NCBI GenBank assembly: GCA_045803545.1
Contig: JBJMOW010000005.1
Span: 320,001 to 384,000, forward strand
Direction: 5' to 3'
Length of the DNA: 64,000 nucleotides
Source: Gemmatimonadaceae bacterium
GTDB lineage: Bacteria; Gemmatimonadota; Gemmatimonadetes; Gemmatimonadales; Gemmatimonadaceae
Under the pieces are notes generated by a model. It did no database searches and was not told the DNA's origin. It worked only from the letters and a program-made list of their open reading frames with translations. Below are positions 19,943 through 30,423 of this stretch, in pieces. A program made the position numbers and the translations under genes. Position 1 is the stretch's first letter; the number at the start of each line of letters is the position of its first letter.

Positions 19943-21241
19943 TTAGTTTCGGCCGCGCTTTTCTATTTTGGCCCCGGAGCGGGTCAGGCGCGCGGCAAGG
20001 TTGTCGTCGAGGCGCGCGTTGACCACGAGTTGGCCGTCTTCGGTGCGTTGGCTGATTACCGAGGCATCGCGGTAGATCTCGGCTAGTAGCCTTCCATCGC
20101 TGGCAGGCAAACGGATCTCCGCGATCTCGGTTCCTTTCCGTGCTACGACCATCAGCGCGCGGCGCAGGGGCTCCAGGCCATCTTCGTCGACCGAGCTCAC
20201 GAACACTGCTGACGTCGGCAGCAGGTTGGCGATTCTCTGCTGCAGCGCGGTCAGTTCGGGCGTCGGCAGCGCATCGATCTTGGAGAACACGTAAAGCACC
20301 GGCTTCTCGGCCGCGCCGAGCTCCGCGAGTACCTGGTCCACCACCTGGCGCTGTTCCTCCCAATTCGCATGGCTGGCGTCGATCACGTGCAGCAGGAGAT
20401 CGGCTTCGTTCACTTCCTCGAGCGTGGCGCGGAAGCTCGCGACCAGATTGTGCGGCAGCTTGCGGATGAATCCGACCGTATCGGTCAGCAGGACTTTCAG
20501 GTTCTCGCCGAGGTCGATCTCGCGCGTCAAAGGATCCAGGGTGGCGAACAGGCGGTCCTCGACGAAGACGTTCGGATCGTTGCCGATCGCGCGCAGAATC
20601 GATGATTTGCCCGCGTTGGTGTAGCCAACCAGCGATGCCCGAAACGCGTCGCGCCGGCCGGAACGCTGCACCACGCGCGACTTCTGCACGTCCTCGAGTC
20701 GCTGCTTGAGGGTCTTGATGCGGTGATTGATCAGTCGTCGGTCGGTTTCGAGCTGCGTTTCACCCGGACCTCTCACTCCGATGCCGCCGCGGAATTTCTC
20801 GAGGTGCGCCCACATCCGCGTCAGTCGCGGCAGCATGTACTGAAGCTGCGCCAGCTCGACCTGCATCTTGGCTTCGCTCGACCGAGCGCGCGTCGCAAAG
20901 ATGTCGAGAATCAGCTCGGCGCGATCCATCACCCGCTGACCGGTGGCGTCTTCGATGTTCTTGCCCTGCGACGGCGACAGCTCGTCATCGAAGACGACGA
21001 GTGAAGCATTCTTCGCGACGATCTCGTCGCGCAGCTCGTCGACTTTGCCCTTGCCGAGGTAAGTCGCTGGATTGGGCTTGTCGATTTGCTGGGTGACTTC
21101 GCCGACGACGACAGCGCCTGCCGTATCGACCAGTCGCTCGAGCTCTTCCAGATGCTCCGCGACAGTGTGTCTCGCGTTGGACCGCTTGCGCGGCGCTCCC
21201 ACCAGAATCGCGCGCTCGATTGGCGCGCTTAACTCGATCAA
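19943..21241 (-). CDS. hflX: GTPase HflX
   Basis: GPGETQLETDRR, GYTNAGKSS, LFATLDP, DTVGFI. Confidence 0.97.
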   Translation of the reverse strand: MIELSAPIERAILVGAPRKRSNARHTVAEHLEELERLVDTAGAVVVGEVTQQIDKPNPATYLGKGKVDELRDEIVAKNASLVVFDDELSPSQGKNIEDATGQRVMDRAELILDIFATRARSSEAKMQVELAQLQYMLPRLTRMWAHLEKFRGGIGVRGPGETQLETDRRLINHRIKTLKQRLEDVQKSRVVQRSGRRDAFRASLVGYTNAGKSSILRAIGNDPNVFVEDRLFATLDPLTREIDLGENLKVLLTDTVGFIRKLPHNLVASFRATLEEVNEADLLLHVIDASHANWEEQRQVVDQVLAELGAAEKPVLYVFSKIDALPTPELTALQQRIANLLPTSAVFVSSVDEDGLEPLRRALMVVARKGTEIAEIRLPASDGRLLAEIYRDASVISQRTEDGQLVVNARLDDNLAARLTRSGAKIEKRGRN

Positions 21242-21274
21242 TTCCCTCGGAATCTCTACCTCTCCGACGTCAGC

Positions 21275-22594
<1,320 letters not shown>

Positions 22595-22629
22595 TTAGTT
22601 GGGGCTGGGTTTCGGATTGCGGACTTTAA

Positions 22630-22814
22630 GGCGCACTGCCTCGCTGAGCGCTGTCAGCTACACGCCAACCGCTGAGCGCTGCGTGCAACGGGACATATCA
22701 CGGTAAGGCGTGGCAACAACTTAGATAATTTTTGCCGTTACGCCAGCCGAATCTGTCCCGTCGCCTGCAGCGCCAAGCTGTCAGCGTGAAGCTATCAGCG
22801 CTCAGCGAGGTAGT
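22630..22814. mobile_element. Gene-less (MITE-like) copy of the inverted-repeat element at 62189..62772
   Basis: Left arm 22630..22695 and right arm 22754..~22814 align without gaps to the arms flanking the four-helix-bundle gene. The 58-bp spacer forms its own hairpin (ggcgtggcaa…ttgccgttacgcc). Confidence 0.75.
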
Positions 22815-22826
22815 ACGGTTTTTAGC

Positions 22827-22866
22827 TCGTAGCCGGAGTCTATGTCGGCTTCGTAGCCGGAGTCTA
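22827..22866. repeat. 16-bp direct repeat TCGTAGCCGGAGTCTA x2
   Basis: Copies at 22827..22842 and 22851..22866. The second includes the stop codon of the LEA gene. Confidence 0.85.
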
Positions 22867-23364
22867 CCTCGGCGCGTTCTGCGCTCCCCCGAACGCCGAG
22901 AACCGGCCCGATCCCGTATACGGAACCGTAAAGTTTCCGATCGGCGTGCCGACGGTGACATCACCCGTCACCGTGTACGGAACCGACCCGCTCTGCATCA
23001 TCTGCCGTCCCGCAGCGCCGATACCCGCGTAGGTAAAGTCGATTGGGATTCGCACCGTCGTCGAATCGTTGTTCTGCACCGTGAAACGCGAATCCAAAGC
23101 GCCGGTGCCGAGCGGATTGTCGCCGACCTTCACGTTGTAGGTGAGACGCGTCGCGTCGAGCCTGAATCCGTTCGGGTTGTAGACGCTGAGGTACGCGTCG
23201 ATCGAGCCGCCGGTAAGGCCAAGTCCTCTCACGCGCAGATCCTTGAACGAGACGATTGGCTCCTTGAATCCGGCGCGGCCGAGTGTGGCGCATCCGGCGA
23301 TTGCGATTGCTGCGAGTGCGGCGACAGCGAGCTTCGTTCTCTGCTGCATCAATTTCCGCATCAT
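22864..23364 (-). CDS. LEA type 2 family lipoprotein
   Basis: Lipobox IAGC and the YNPNGFRL motif of LEA_2/WHy domains. Confidence 0.85.
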   Translation of the reverse strand: MMRKLMQQRTKLAVAALAAIAIAGCATLGRAGFKEPIVSFKDLRVRGLGLTGGSIDAYLSVYNPNGFRLDATRLTYNVKVGDNPLGTGALDSRFTVQNNDSTTVRIPIDFTYAGIGAAGRQMMQSGSVPYTVTGDVTVGTPIGNFTVPYTGSGRFSAFGGAQNAPR

Positions 23365-24839
23365 TCGTCTTTCTCCTTTCCTGCCGGCGCGTCCTGCACC
23401 GGCTCTGTTGTATCGCCCGACGAGGCTTTCGCCGAGCTTACGTTGTCTGCTCCACGCTGGCTCTTGTCACCCTCCGGGGACGCCGGCGTGGACACTTTGG
23501 CCTTCAAGTCGGCCCACCATTGGAGGCGTTTGGCGACTTCCTTCTCGAATCCGAAGGGTCCAGGCTCGTAGAAGATCCGTCCGCGCAACTCCTCCGGCAG
23601 GTACTCTTGCGGGATGTATGCCTCTGGCACCGAGTGGGCGTATTGGTAGCCCTCGTGGTAGCCGAGCTCCTTCATCAGCCGCGTCGGGGCATTGCGGATG
23701 TGCATTGGAACCTGAGCGGCAGGGGTTTCGCGGGCTGCTTCCATCGCCGCGTTGAGTCCCTGGTAGGAGCGGTTTGATTTGGGCGCGGTGGCGAGATAGA
23801 TGACCATCTGCGCCAGCGGCAAGTATCCTTCCGGCGGACCAAGCTGGTGGTACGCGTCGCGCGCCGCCACCGCTAACTGAAGTGCCTGCGGATCGGCAAG
23901 CCCAATGTCTTCGGCCGCCATCGCAAGGCTGCGGCGGAAGATCGTCATCGGATCTTCGCCGCCTTCGATCATCCGCGCCATCCAGTACAGCGCGCCTTGC
24001 GGATCGCTGCCGCGCAGCGACTTGTGATACGCGGAGAGCATGTTGAAGTGGACTTCGCCACTCTTGTCGTGCACCGCAAACCGTTTCTGCATCGCATCGC
24101 GCGCGACCTGGACAGTGACGCGACCCGCTGGGCCAACGTGATCGGCTGACGCTTCGAGCACCGTAAGTGCGCGGCGCGCGTCGCCATCTGCTTCGACGGT
24201 GATGATCTCGCGCGCATCATCTTCAAGGGTGACCTTCATCGCGCCGAGTCCACGTTCCTCGTCGAGTAGCGCGCGATCGATCACGGCGCCGATGTCACCG
24301 GCGGTGAGCGGATTCAACACGAACACCCGCAGCCGCGAGAGCAGCGCGCCGTTGATCTCGAATGACGGATTCTCGGTCGTCGCGCCGACGAGAGTGATAG
24401 TCCCTGCTTCGACATGCGGCAGGAACGCATCCTGTTGCGCTTTGTTGAAGCGATGGATCTCGTCGACGAAGAGAATGGTCTGGCGGCCCATTTGGAGTCG
24501 CTGCTCCGCTTCGTCCACGACTTCGCGGACGCGGGCGATTCCTTCGGTGACCGCGGAGAACGGGACGAAATCGCGATCGGTGTACTGGGCGATCAATCGA
24601 CCGAGAGTGGTCTTGCCGGACCCCGGCGGTCCCCAGAATACCATCGACTTGATGTTGCCGGTCTCGATCGCCGACCTCAGTGCTTTACCCGGTGCAAGTA
24701 AATGCTCCTGGCCGACAAATTCCTCCAGAGTGCGCGGCCGCATCCGCGCGGCGAGTGGCTGCGCGGTTTCGCGAGCGCTGAAGAGCGAATCTTCGCGCCG
24801 GTGAATGTTGGAAGGAGCCTGGCGAAATTTCTTGGGCAT
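23361..24839 (-). CDS. rarA: Replication-associated recombination protein A (RarA/MgsA)
   Basis: PLAARMRPRTLEEFVGQ, GPPGSGKTT, DEIHRFNKAQQD, ATTENPSF, HKSLRGSD. Confidence 0.96.
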   Translation of the reverse strand: MPKKFRQAPSNIHRREDSLFSARETAQPLAARMRPRTLEEFVGQEHLLAPGKALRSAIETGNIKSMVFWGPPGSGKTTLGRLIAQYTDRDFVPFSAVTEGIARVREVVDEAEQRLQMGRQTILFVDEIHRFNKAQQDAFLPHVEAGTITLVGATTENPSFEINGALLSRLRVFVLNPLTAGDIGAVIDRALLDEERGLGAMKVTLEDDAREIITVEADGDARRALTVLEASADHVGPAGRVTVQVARDAMQKRFAVHDKSGEVHFNMLSAYHKSLRGSDPQGALYWMARMIEGGEDPMTIFRRSLAMAAEDIGLADPQALQLAVAARDAYHQLGPPEGYLPLAQMVIYLATAPKSNRSYQGLNAAMEAARETPAAQVPMHIRNAPTRLMKELGYHEGYQYAHSVPEAYIPQEYLPEELRGRIFYEPGPFGFEKEVAKRLQWWADLKAKVSTPASPEGDKSQRGADNVSSAKASSGDTTEPVQDAPAGKEKDE

Positions 24840-24840
24840 T

Positions 24841-24943
24841 AGTTGCGAGCTGCGTGATGCGAGCTAACGGATCGGTCCGAGTTGCGAGCTAAGTCCGAGT
24901 TGCGAGCTAAGTCCGAGTTGCGAACCTACTGCGAGGTGCGAGC
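24841..24943. repeat. Tandem direct repeats (18-mer GTCCGAGTTGCGAGCTAA x~2.7 plus TGCGAG units)
   Basis: 18-mers at 24875, 24893 and 24911 (partial), immediately upstream of the rarA start. Confidence 0.85.
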
Positions 24944-25102
24944 CATTTGATGGTGGAAAATGGCATCGCACGATAGAAAACATACATCGCGGGAGGTCCG
25001 ACATTCGGAGCAGCAAGCCTATCAGGACCTGAGCATAGCATTTTTCGCGTGGCTAGCACTCGTCCTGCAGTCAACAATGTTTAGCCTGGAATAGGAGTCC
25101 TC

Positions 25103-26446
25103 ATGAGTCGTACTTCGTTCGCTGCCGCGCTCGTGGTCCTTGCTGCTGCCGTCGGATGTAGCAGCGATGCAAGCGGTCCGACAACAAGCGACACACCGCC
25201 GACCCTATCAATTGTCGGCGGTGACGGACAATCTGCCGGCCCGTCGCATGCCGTTGACCAGCCGCTCATCGTTCAGGCGAAATCGGCAACTGGGAATCCG
25301 CTCGCAGATTACGTCGTCACGTGGACCGTAAGCGGAGGGGGCCAGGTCTCACCCAGCTCGCAGACCACTGACGCCTCCGGTCAGGCCCAGGCGCAGTGGA
25401 CTTTGGGGTCCAGCGGTGCGCAGGAAGTAGAGGCCCGCATCTATTACAGGGCATCCGAAGGGCTGTTGCCTATCTCCGCAAAATTCTCGGGGGCTATCAC
25501 TGCGTCGCCACCGACGCAACGAAAGCCGGCGATCCTCCACTACGATGGCGCTACCTGGGCGATCGTCTATCAGCCGGCGGTCGTCGCGGGTGTGGTATCC
25601 GTGCTTTCGATCTGGGGTAGCTCACCGTCTTCGATCTTTGCGGTTGGAGAGTATTGCGGAGTGGAGGCAGATCTTAGATACGACGGCACATCCTGGAGTC
25701 CGGCGGTGCCGGAAGGCCCTCCGGGATGCACCGGCCTGGGACCGATAGAAAACAACGTATCAGGCAGCTCGGCGTCGAACGTTTTCCGGATCCAATCCGG
25801 CGGTGTGCCGCCCTCTGGGCACGGCAGTGTGGTGCAACACTTTGACGGCACGAACTGGTCGAATCCCTACGCACACGGCTGCGACGTCGGTGCTTCGAGC
25901 TGCAATGCGGCCCTGAACGCGGTCTGGACAGATTCTCCTAACAACGTTGTCGTGGTCGGCAATCAGGGATTCATTGTGCAGTACAACGGAACTTCATGGA
26001 CGGCAGCTACCAGCGGAACGACCGCGAATCTGCAGGCGGTTTGGGGAGTAGCGTCAGCTCCCACGCCGCGCGTGTTCGCGGTTGGCGATGGGGGCACCAT
26101 TCTGGTGTACGACGGAACCTCGTGGCAGCCCCAGTCAAGCGGCACTGCGCAGACCCTGCGGGGAGTATGGGGCACGTCTGCGACGAACGTCTTCGCCGTA
26201 GGCGATGGCGGCGTGATTCTGCATTACGATGGGACGACATGGTCGACGCAAACCAGCGGTGGACGCGCGTTATACGGAATCTGGGGCAGCAGTCCAACGT
26301 CGGTATTCGCCGTTGGCGATGGTCCAACGGTTTTACGTTACGACGGGACGAGCTGGACATCGATGGCTATCTCTATCCCGATCGACCTCCGTGCGGTTTG
26401 GGGAAGTTCAGCCGACAACGTTTACGCAGTGGGTCACGGTCAATAG
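25103..26446 (+). CDS. Lipoprotein with Ig-like domain and beta-propeller (VWGxS/YDGxxW) repeats
   Basis: AGGAG SD, lipobox AVGC, Big_1-like GDGQS...TTDASGQAQAQWTLG, repeated VWGxSxxNVFAVGDGGxILxYDGTxW. Confidence 0.8.
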   Translation: MSRTSFAAALVVLAAAVGCSSDASGPTTSDTPPTLSIVGGDGQSAGPSHAVDQPLIVQAKSATGNPLADYVVTWTVSGGGQVSPSSQTTDASGQAQAQWTLGSSGAQEVEARIYYRASEGLLPISAKFSGAITASPPTQRKPAILHYDGATWAIVYQPAVVAGVVSVLSIWGSSPSSIFAVGEYCGVEADLRYDGTSWSPAVPEGPPGCTGLGPIENNVSGSSASNVFRIQSGGVPPSGHGSVVQHFDGTNWSNPYAHGCDVGASSCNAALNAVWTDSPNNVVVVGNQGFIVQYNGTSWTAATSGTTANLQAVWGVASAPTPRVFAVGDGGTILVYDGTSWQPQSSGTAQTLRGVWGTSATNVFAVGDGGVILHYDGTTWSTQTSGGRALYGIWGSSPTSVFAVGDGPTVLRYDGTSWTSMAISIPIDLRAVWGSSADNVYAVGHGQ

Positions 26447-26498
26447 CGCTGGCGATTCGCGGGGCAGATCGCCATAGTGTGGTGAATTCCGCCAGCAC

Positions 26499-27281
26499 TT
26501 GTTGACCAAACCCACACGAACATTGAAAGTCGCTCTTGGCGAGTACGACACGGGCTGGCACGACGTCTCCGCCTCGGTGTCTCGCGCGCGCGATCTCGCC
26601 AGACAAGCCAAAGCAGCGGGCGGAGACATCCTTCTTCTCCCGGAGATGTTCGCGACTGGGTTCACGATGGACGCTGGTTTTGCGGAACCGGAAGATGGAC
26701 CGACTGCGCAGGCAATGCGTGCGCTCGCCGCAACCGAGAAATTATGGATTCTCGCCGGGATTCCAGTGCGCAAGAGTGATGGGCGTTTCGCGAACACTGC
26801 GCGGCTTTTCTCGCCCGACGGCAGCTCCAACGAATCCTACGAAAAACAACGATTGTTCGTCTACGCCGACGAGAACACCATCTACAGCCCCGGGGAAGCT
26901 CCGTGCATCGTCGAGATGGACGGCCTGAAGGCAGGCGTCCTGATCTGTTTCGATCTCCGCTTCCCTGAGTTGTTTCGCGAAATTGGCTCTGACGTCGACG
27001 CTTTTTTCCTCATCGCGAACTGGCCGGAAAGCCGCCAGGAACACTGGGACGTTCTCACGCGCGCGCGCGCGATCGAGAACCAGTGCTACGTCGTCGCCGT
27101 CAATCGGATCGGCGAAGGCGGCGGACTTCGGTATGCAGGCGGATCTGTGGCTTACGATCCACTGGGGAATCGATGCGATGTCGCTGTGAGCGGCTCGTCA
27201 TTGCGCCTCGCACAGTTATCGGCCGCGAAAGTGCGAGAGGTGCGCACCGCCTTCCCACTCGGGCAGCCGGCTCCGCGCTGA
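26499..27281 (+). CDS. Nitrilase-superfamily amidohydrolase (YafV/omega-amidase-like)
   Basis: LPEMFATGF, YEK, ICFDLRFPE, ANWP and RAIENQ give the Glu-Lys-Cys triad. Confidence 0.9.
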   Translation: MLTKPTRTLKVALGEYDTGWHDVSASVSRARDLARQAKAAGGDILLLPEMFATGFTMDAGFAEPEDGPTAQAMRALAATEKLWILAGIPVRKSDGRFANTARLFSPDGSSNESYEKQRLFVYADENTIYSPGEAPCIVEMDGLKAGVLICFDLRFPELFREIGSDVDAFFLIANWPESRQEHWDVLTRARAIENQCYVVAVNRIGEGGGLRYAGGSVAYDPLGNRCDVAVSGSSLRLAQLSAAKVREVRTAFPLGQPAPR

Positions 27282-27322
27282 CTTGCGAAAACTCAAAGCT
27301 TCAGACAGAAGACGACCGTACC

Positions 27323-28042
27323 CTAGCGCGCTCCGAGCAGCTGGTGCGCGACGTAATACAACGCGCAGCCAACGAAGAAGCTGATCGGCAATCTCCACTC
27401 TCGCTTCCCCTGGATTTCCGGAACGAGATTGGACATTCCGACGTAGAGCGACACACCCGCCGCCAGCGGCAGACCGTACTGCCCGAGCACTGGAACAGTC
27501 TGAGTCAGCACCGCGCCGAGCAGAGTCGAGATCGCCAGTGCAGCGCTGGCGCCGAACGCAGCGCTCCTGCTCTCCCCCGACGCTAGAAAGAGGCTGGAGA
27601 TCGCGAGTCCTTCGGGAAGCTTGTGAAGAAGAATCGCAAAGAAAACCAGCAGGCCGAGCGCGGTACTGATCCCGAATCCGCTGGCGATGGCGACGCCGTC
27701 GACGAAGGTGTGCAATATCAATCCGGCGAGCGCCGAGAAGCTCACCACCTTGGTCACGTGATGATGCTCTTCGCCAAAATGGAAATGCGGCGCGAGCGTG
27801 TGCTGGGTGAGATGGACGAGCAGATACCCAAGCAGCATGATCAATGCAGCTGATTCACCGTGCACTCTGATCGAGTCGGGAACGAGGTCGAGTAGCGCCA
27901 CCGACACCATGAAGCCCGCCGAGAGCGCGACCATGTTCTCCAGCGCGCGCACGCTCCAGCGGTTGTGCGCAACGACGGCCGCAGCGCCAAGGAGGTTCGC
28001 CCCTGCCGCAATACTGGTATACAACAGCGCTGTACCGTTCAC
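27323..28042 (-). CDS. ZIP family metal transporter
   Basis: HTFVDG and LLHKLPEG motifs, His-rich loop HFHFGEEHHH. Confidence 0.9.
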   Translation of the reverse strand: MNGTALLYTSIAAGANLLGAAAVVAHNRWSVRALENMVALSAGFMVSVALLDLVPDSIRVHGESAALIMLLGYLLVHLTQHTLAPHFHFGEEHHHVTKVVSFSALAGLILHTFVDGVAIASGFGISTALGLLVFFAILLHKLPEGLAISSLFLASGESRSAAFGASAALAISTLLGAVLTQTVPVLGQYGLPLAAGVSLYVGMSNLVPEIQGKREWRLPISFFVGCALYYVAHQLLGAR

Positions 28043-28114
28043 GGGGATTGCCTTGTCATTGCTCGCGCTGTAATGATGAAGCTGTCCAGATCAGGAGCGT
28101 GAAATTTGACGGAC

Positions 28115-28489
28115 GTGGGGCTCTTTCGCATCAGCGTGGGCGTCGAAAACGCTCGGCGCCAGACCGATGTTATCCTCGTCCCTGACACGTTGGTTGACAC
28201 CGGCAGCGAAGCGACCTGGATCCCGCGGGTGGTTCTCGAGTCGTTGGAAATTGCTGTTGAGAAAAAGCGCACATTTATCTTTGCGGACGGGCGGCGAATC
28301 GAACGAGATATCGGCTATGCCATCGTTCACGCTGCTGGAACGAATACGATCGACGAAGTCGTTTTCGGCGAGGAAACTGATTTTCCGATCCTTGGCGCAC
28401 ATTCCCTGGAAGGCTTGAACCTTCGCGTGGACCCGGTCCAGAAAATTCTCGTCGACGCCGGGCCAATCCTTGCCGTCGCTGCCGCCTAA
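28115..28489 (+). CDS. Retropepsin-like (clan AA) aspartyl protease
   Basis: LVDTGSEATW and ILGAHSLEGL motifs. GTG start at 28115 is assumed. Confidence 0.8.
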   Translation: MGLFRISVGVENARRQTDVILVPDTLVDTGSEATWIPRVVLESLEIAVEKKRTFIFADGRRIERDIGYAIVHAAGTNTIDEVVFGEETDFPILGAHSLEGLNLRVDPVQKILVDAGPILAVAAA

Positions 28490-29016
28490 GCCGACTTAAC
28501 CCCGAGTCTGTCCGCCGCCGCAGCGACAGCGTCGCTCAATGCCGGCGCCGGCGCGCGCTCCCATGATTGCACGCCCCACAATCTCTCCTCGAGCGATGCG
28601 CGCTCCTCGAGGTTCATGCTGTTGAGGAGATACATCCAGCGATCGGAGCGTGAAAAAATAAAAAGCTCGAGCTGCGGGCTGAGGGTGATCTGGTCTTCCG
28701 AGGTGAACAGAGTGATCTCGACGCCGCCATAAGTCGCGAGCGGCATCTTCAATCTCGCGACGGCGTCGCGCACATCGGGCAGCGCCAACATCTGACCGGT
28801 CCACTCGGTGCGAGTACGCGCGTCATTGACATAGACATCGACCGCCGGCGCCATCAGCTCACTCAGGGTGTAGAACAAGTCCACCACGCGCTCCGAATTC
28901 GCCACCACCTTCGCCTCGTAGATGTCGCCGTCGCGAGTGAAGGTGAATCCGTCCTGACCGGAGCGGAATCTTTTCCAAATGGTGGAGTCGGGCGTCTTGG
29001 TTCTGAAGAGCGTCAT
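28486..29016 (-). CDS. Hypothetical protein
   Basis: 176-aa ORF whose start overlaps the cca stop (ATGA); coding-like composition. Confidence 0.65.
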   Translation of the reverse strand: MTLFRTKTPDSTIWKRFRSGQDGFTFTRDGDIYEAKVVANSERVVDLFYTLSELMAPAVDVYVNDARTRTEWTGQMLALPDVRDAVARLKMPLATYGGVEITLFTSEDQITLSPQLELFIFSRSDRWMYLLNSMNLEERASLEERLWGVQSWERAPAPALSDAVAAAADRLGVKSA

Positions 29017-30419
29017 ACAAAGCCTTTGGCCATGGTCAACAGCTGGTCGTGCGTATTCTTGCGCGGATCATTGATCACCGCTTCCAGCAACTTACGTAGA
29101 ACATTCCCAACCGCGGGACCCTTGGCACCCAGCTTCTCCAGATCAGTGCCATCGATCGCCAGGTCGGCGATCGTGAGCGGATCCTTCCAGGCGATCTTGA
29201 TCGCCCGCTTGTAAACCTGACCGATCGTCTGCTTGTACGGCGCCGGCTCTCCCGCCTGACGCCCGGCCCACCAGAAAGCGTCGGCCAGCCGCAGCAATTG
29301 GGCAAGACGCGTGCGCCCGGCGCTGGCCGCCCACATCCTCAGTATGGGACTCGGCGGATACTGCTCGCCCCACGGATCGTTGGCGTAAATCTCCTCCGCC
29401 TTGAGTAAGGCGGCCGTCATGCCGGGCCCGAGCTGTTGCCAGCGCTCCACAAGATTGGTGATCCAGTCGACATCGGTATTGGAGAAACGCAGATCCTTGA
29501 GCGTCTTTCGCACCGTCGCTGCCGGCACCGTCGCAAAAAGTCCGGCGATTCGCGTCGACCTTCTTGCCGGCCGCCGAGGCAGCAAAGGACGACGTAGATG
29601 ATCGAGCGGCGCCAGCTCCTGGTTGGTCACGCCGGCGAGAGACGGAATCAGCGTCTGGAACGCGCCGGTGTCACGCCACATCGCGAACGCCTTGCTCGGG
29701 AATTTGACCTGATCCATCATCTTCTCGATCTCCTGCTTTACACGCTCGGCAGAAAGGTTTCCCAGCTCGGGTGCGCTCTCGACGATTGCGTCCCACGTAT
29801 CGCGCTCGATGTCGAACCCGAAGCGCGAAGCAAATCGAATCGCGCGCAATGCGCGAAGACGATCCTCCCGCATCCGCTCGCGCGGATCACCGACAGCGCG
29901 AATGAGCTTCCCCTCGATGTCCTTCTGGCCACCGAACGGATCGCGGATCTCGTCCTTGCTCGCTGAATACGCGATGGCGTTGATGGTGTAGTCGCGACGC
30001 GCGAGATCGTCGTCGAGCGACGCGCCAAACTCGACGACAGCGTGGCGCCCGTCCGTCTGCACATCGCGACGGAAGGTGGTGACTTCGTGCATGACGTTGT
30101 CATCGTCGAGCACGCCGATGGTTCCGAACTCGACGCCGACCGGAACCGTCCGCTTGAACAATTTGCGCACCTGCTCTGGCTTCGCCGCCGTCGCGAGATC
30201 CCAATCGAGATGCGGATGCCCGAGCAGCGCGTCGCGTACCGCCCCACCTACGCACCACGTCTCAAACCCCGCGTCCTCGAGCCGCTTCGCAATCGCGCGC
30301 ACGTTCGGCGGCGGATTCAGGTTCGGCGCTGAGGCTACGCTTTTCGCGTCGCGCCTCCCGCCTCCCCCCTCCCCCCGTTCGCTTCCCGCTTCCCGCTTCC
30401 CGCTTCCCACTTCCCCCAT
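29013..30419 (-). CDS. cca: tRNA nucleotidyltransferase (CCA-adding/poly(A) polymerase family)
   Basis: VGGAVRDALLG-DWDLAT, RRDYTINA, EDRLRALRAIRF. Start placed at ATG 30419, just after the asparaginase stop. Confidence 0.88.
   Translation of the reverse strand: MGEVGSGKREAGSERGEGGGGRRDAKSVASAPNLNPPPNVRAIAKRLEDAGFETWCVGGAVRDALLGHPHLDWDLATAAKPEQVRKLFKRTVPVGVEFGTIGVLDDDNVMHEVTTFRRDVQTDGRHAVVEFGASLDDDLARRDYTINAIAYSASKDEIRDPFGGQKDIEGKLIRAVGDPRERMREDRLRALRAIRFASRFGFDIERDTWDAIVESAPELGNLSAERVKQEIEKMMDQVKFPSKAFAMWRDTGAFQTLIPSLAGVTNQELAPLDHLRRPLLPRRPARRSTRIAGLFATVPAATVRKTLKDLRFSNTDVDWITNLVERWQQLGPGMTAALLKAEEIYANDPWGEQYPPSPILRMWAASAGRTRLAQLLRLADAFWWAGRQAGEPAPYKQTIGQVYKRAIKIAWKDPLTIADLAIDGTDLEKLGAKGPAVGNVLRKLLEAVINDPRKNTHDQLLTMAKGFV
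30352..30417 (-). repeat. GCGGGAA-type heptamer tract (in frame at the cca N-terminus)
   Basis: (cttcccg)n on the + strand; translates to GEVGSGKREAGSERGEGGGGR. Confidence 0.85.
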
Positions 30420-30423
30420 CCCG

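Noticed and set aside
22827..22866. 16-bp direct repeat as target-site duplication of the 22.6-kb element
   Set aside because: Both copies lie on the same side of the element.
24875..24923. Possible CRISPR array
   Set aside because: Repeats are 18 bp and directly adjacent with no spacers; no cas genes in the window.
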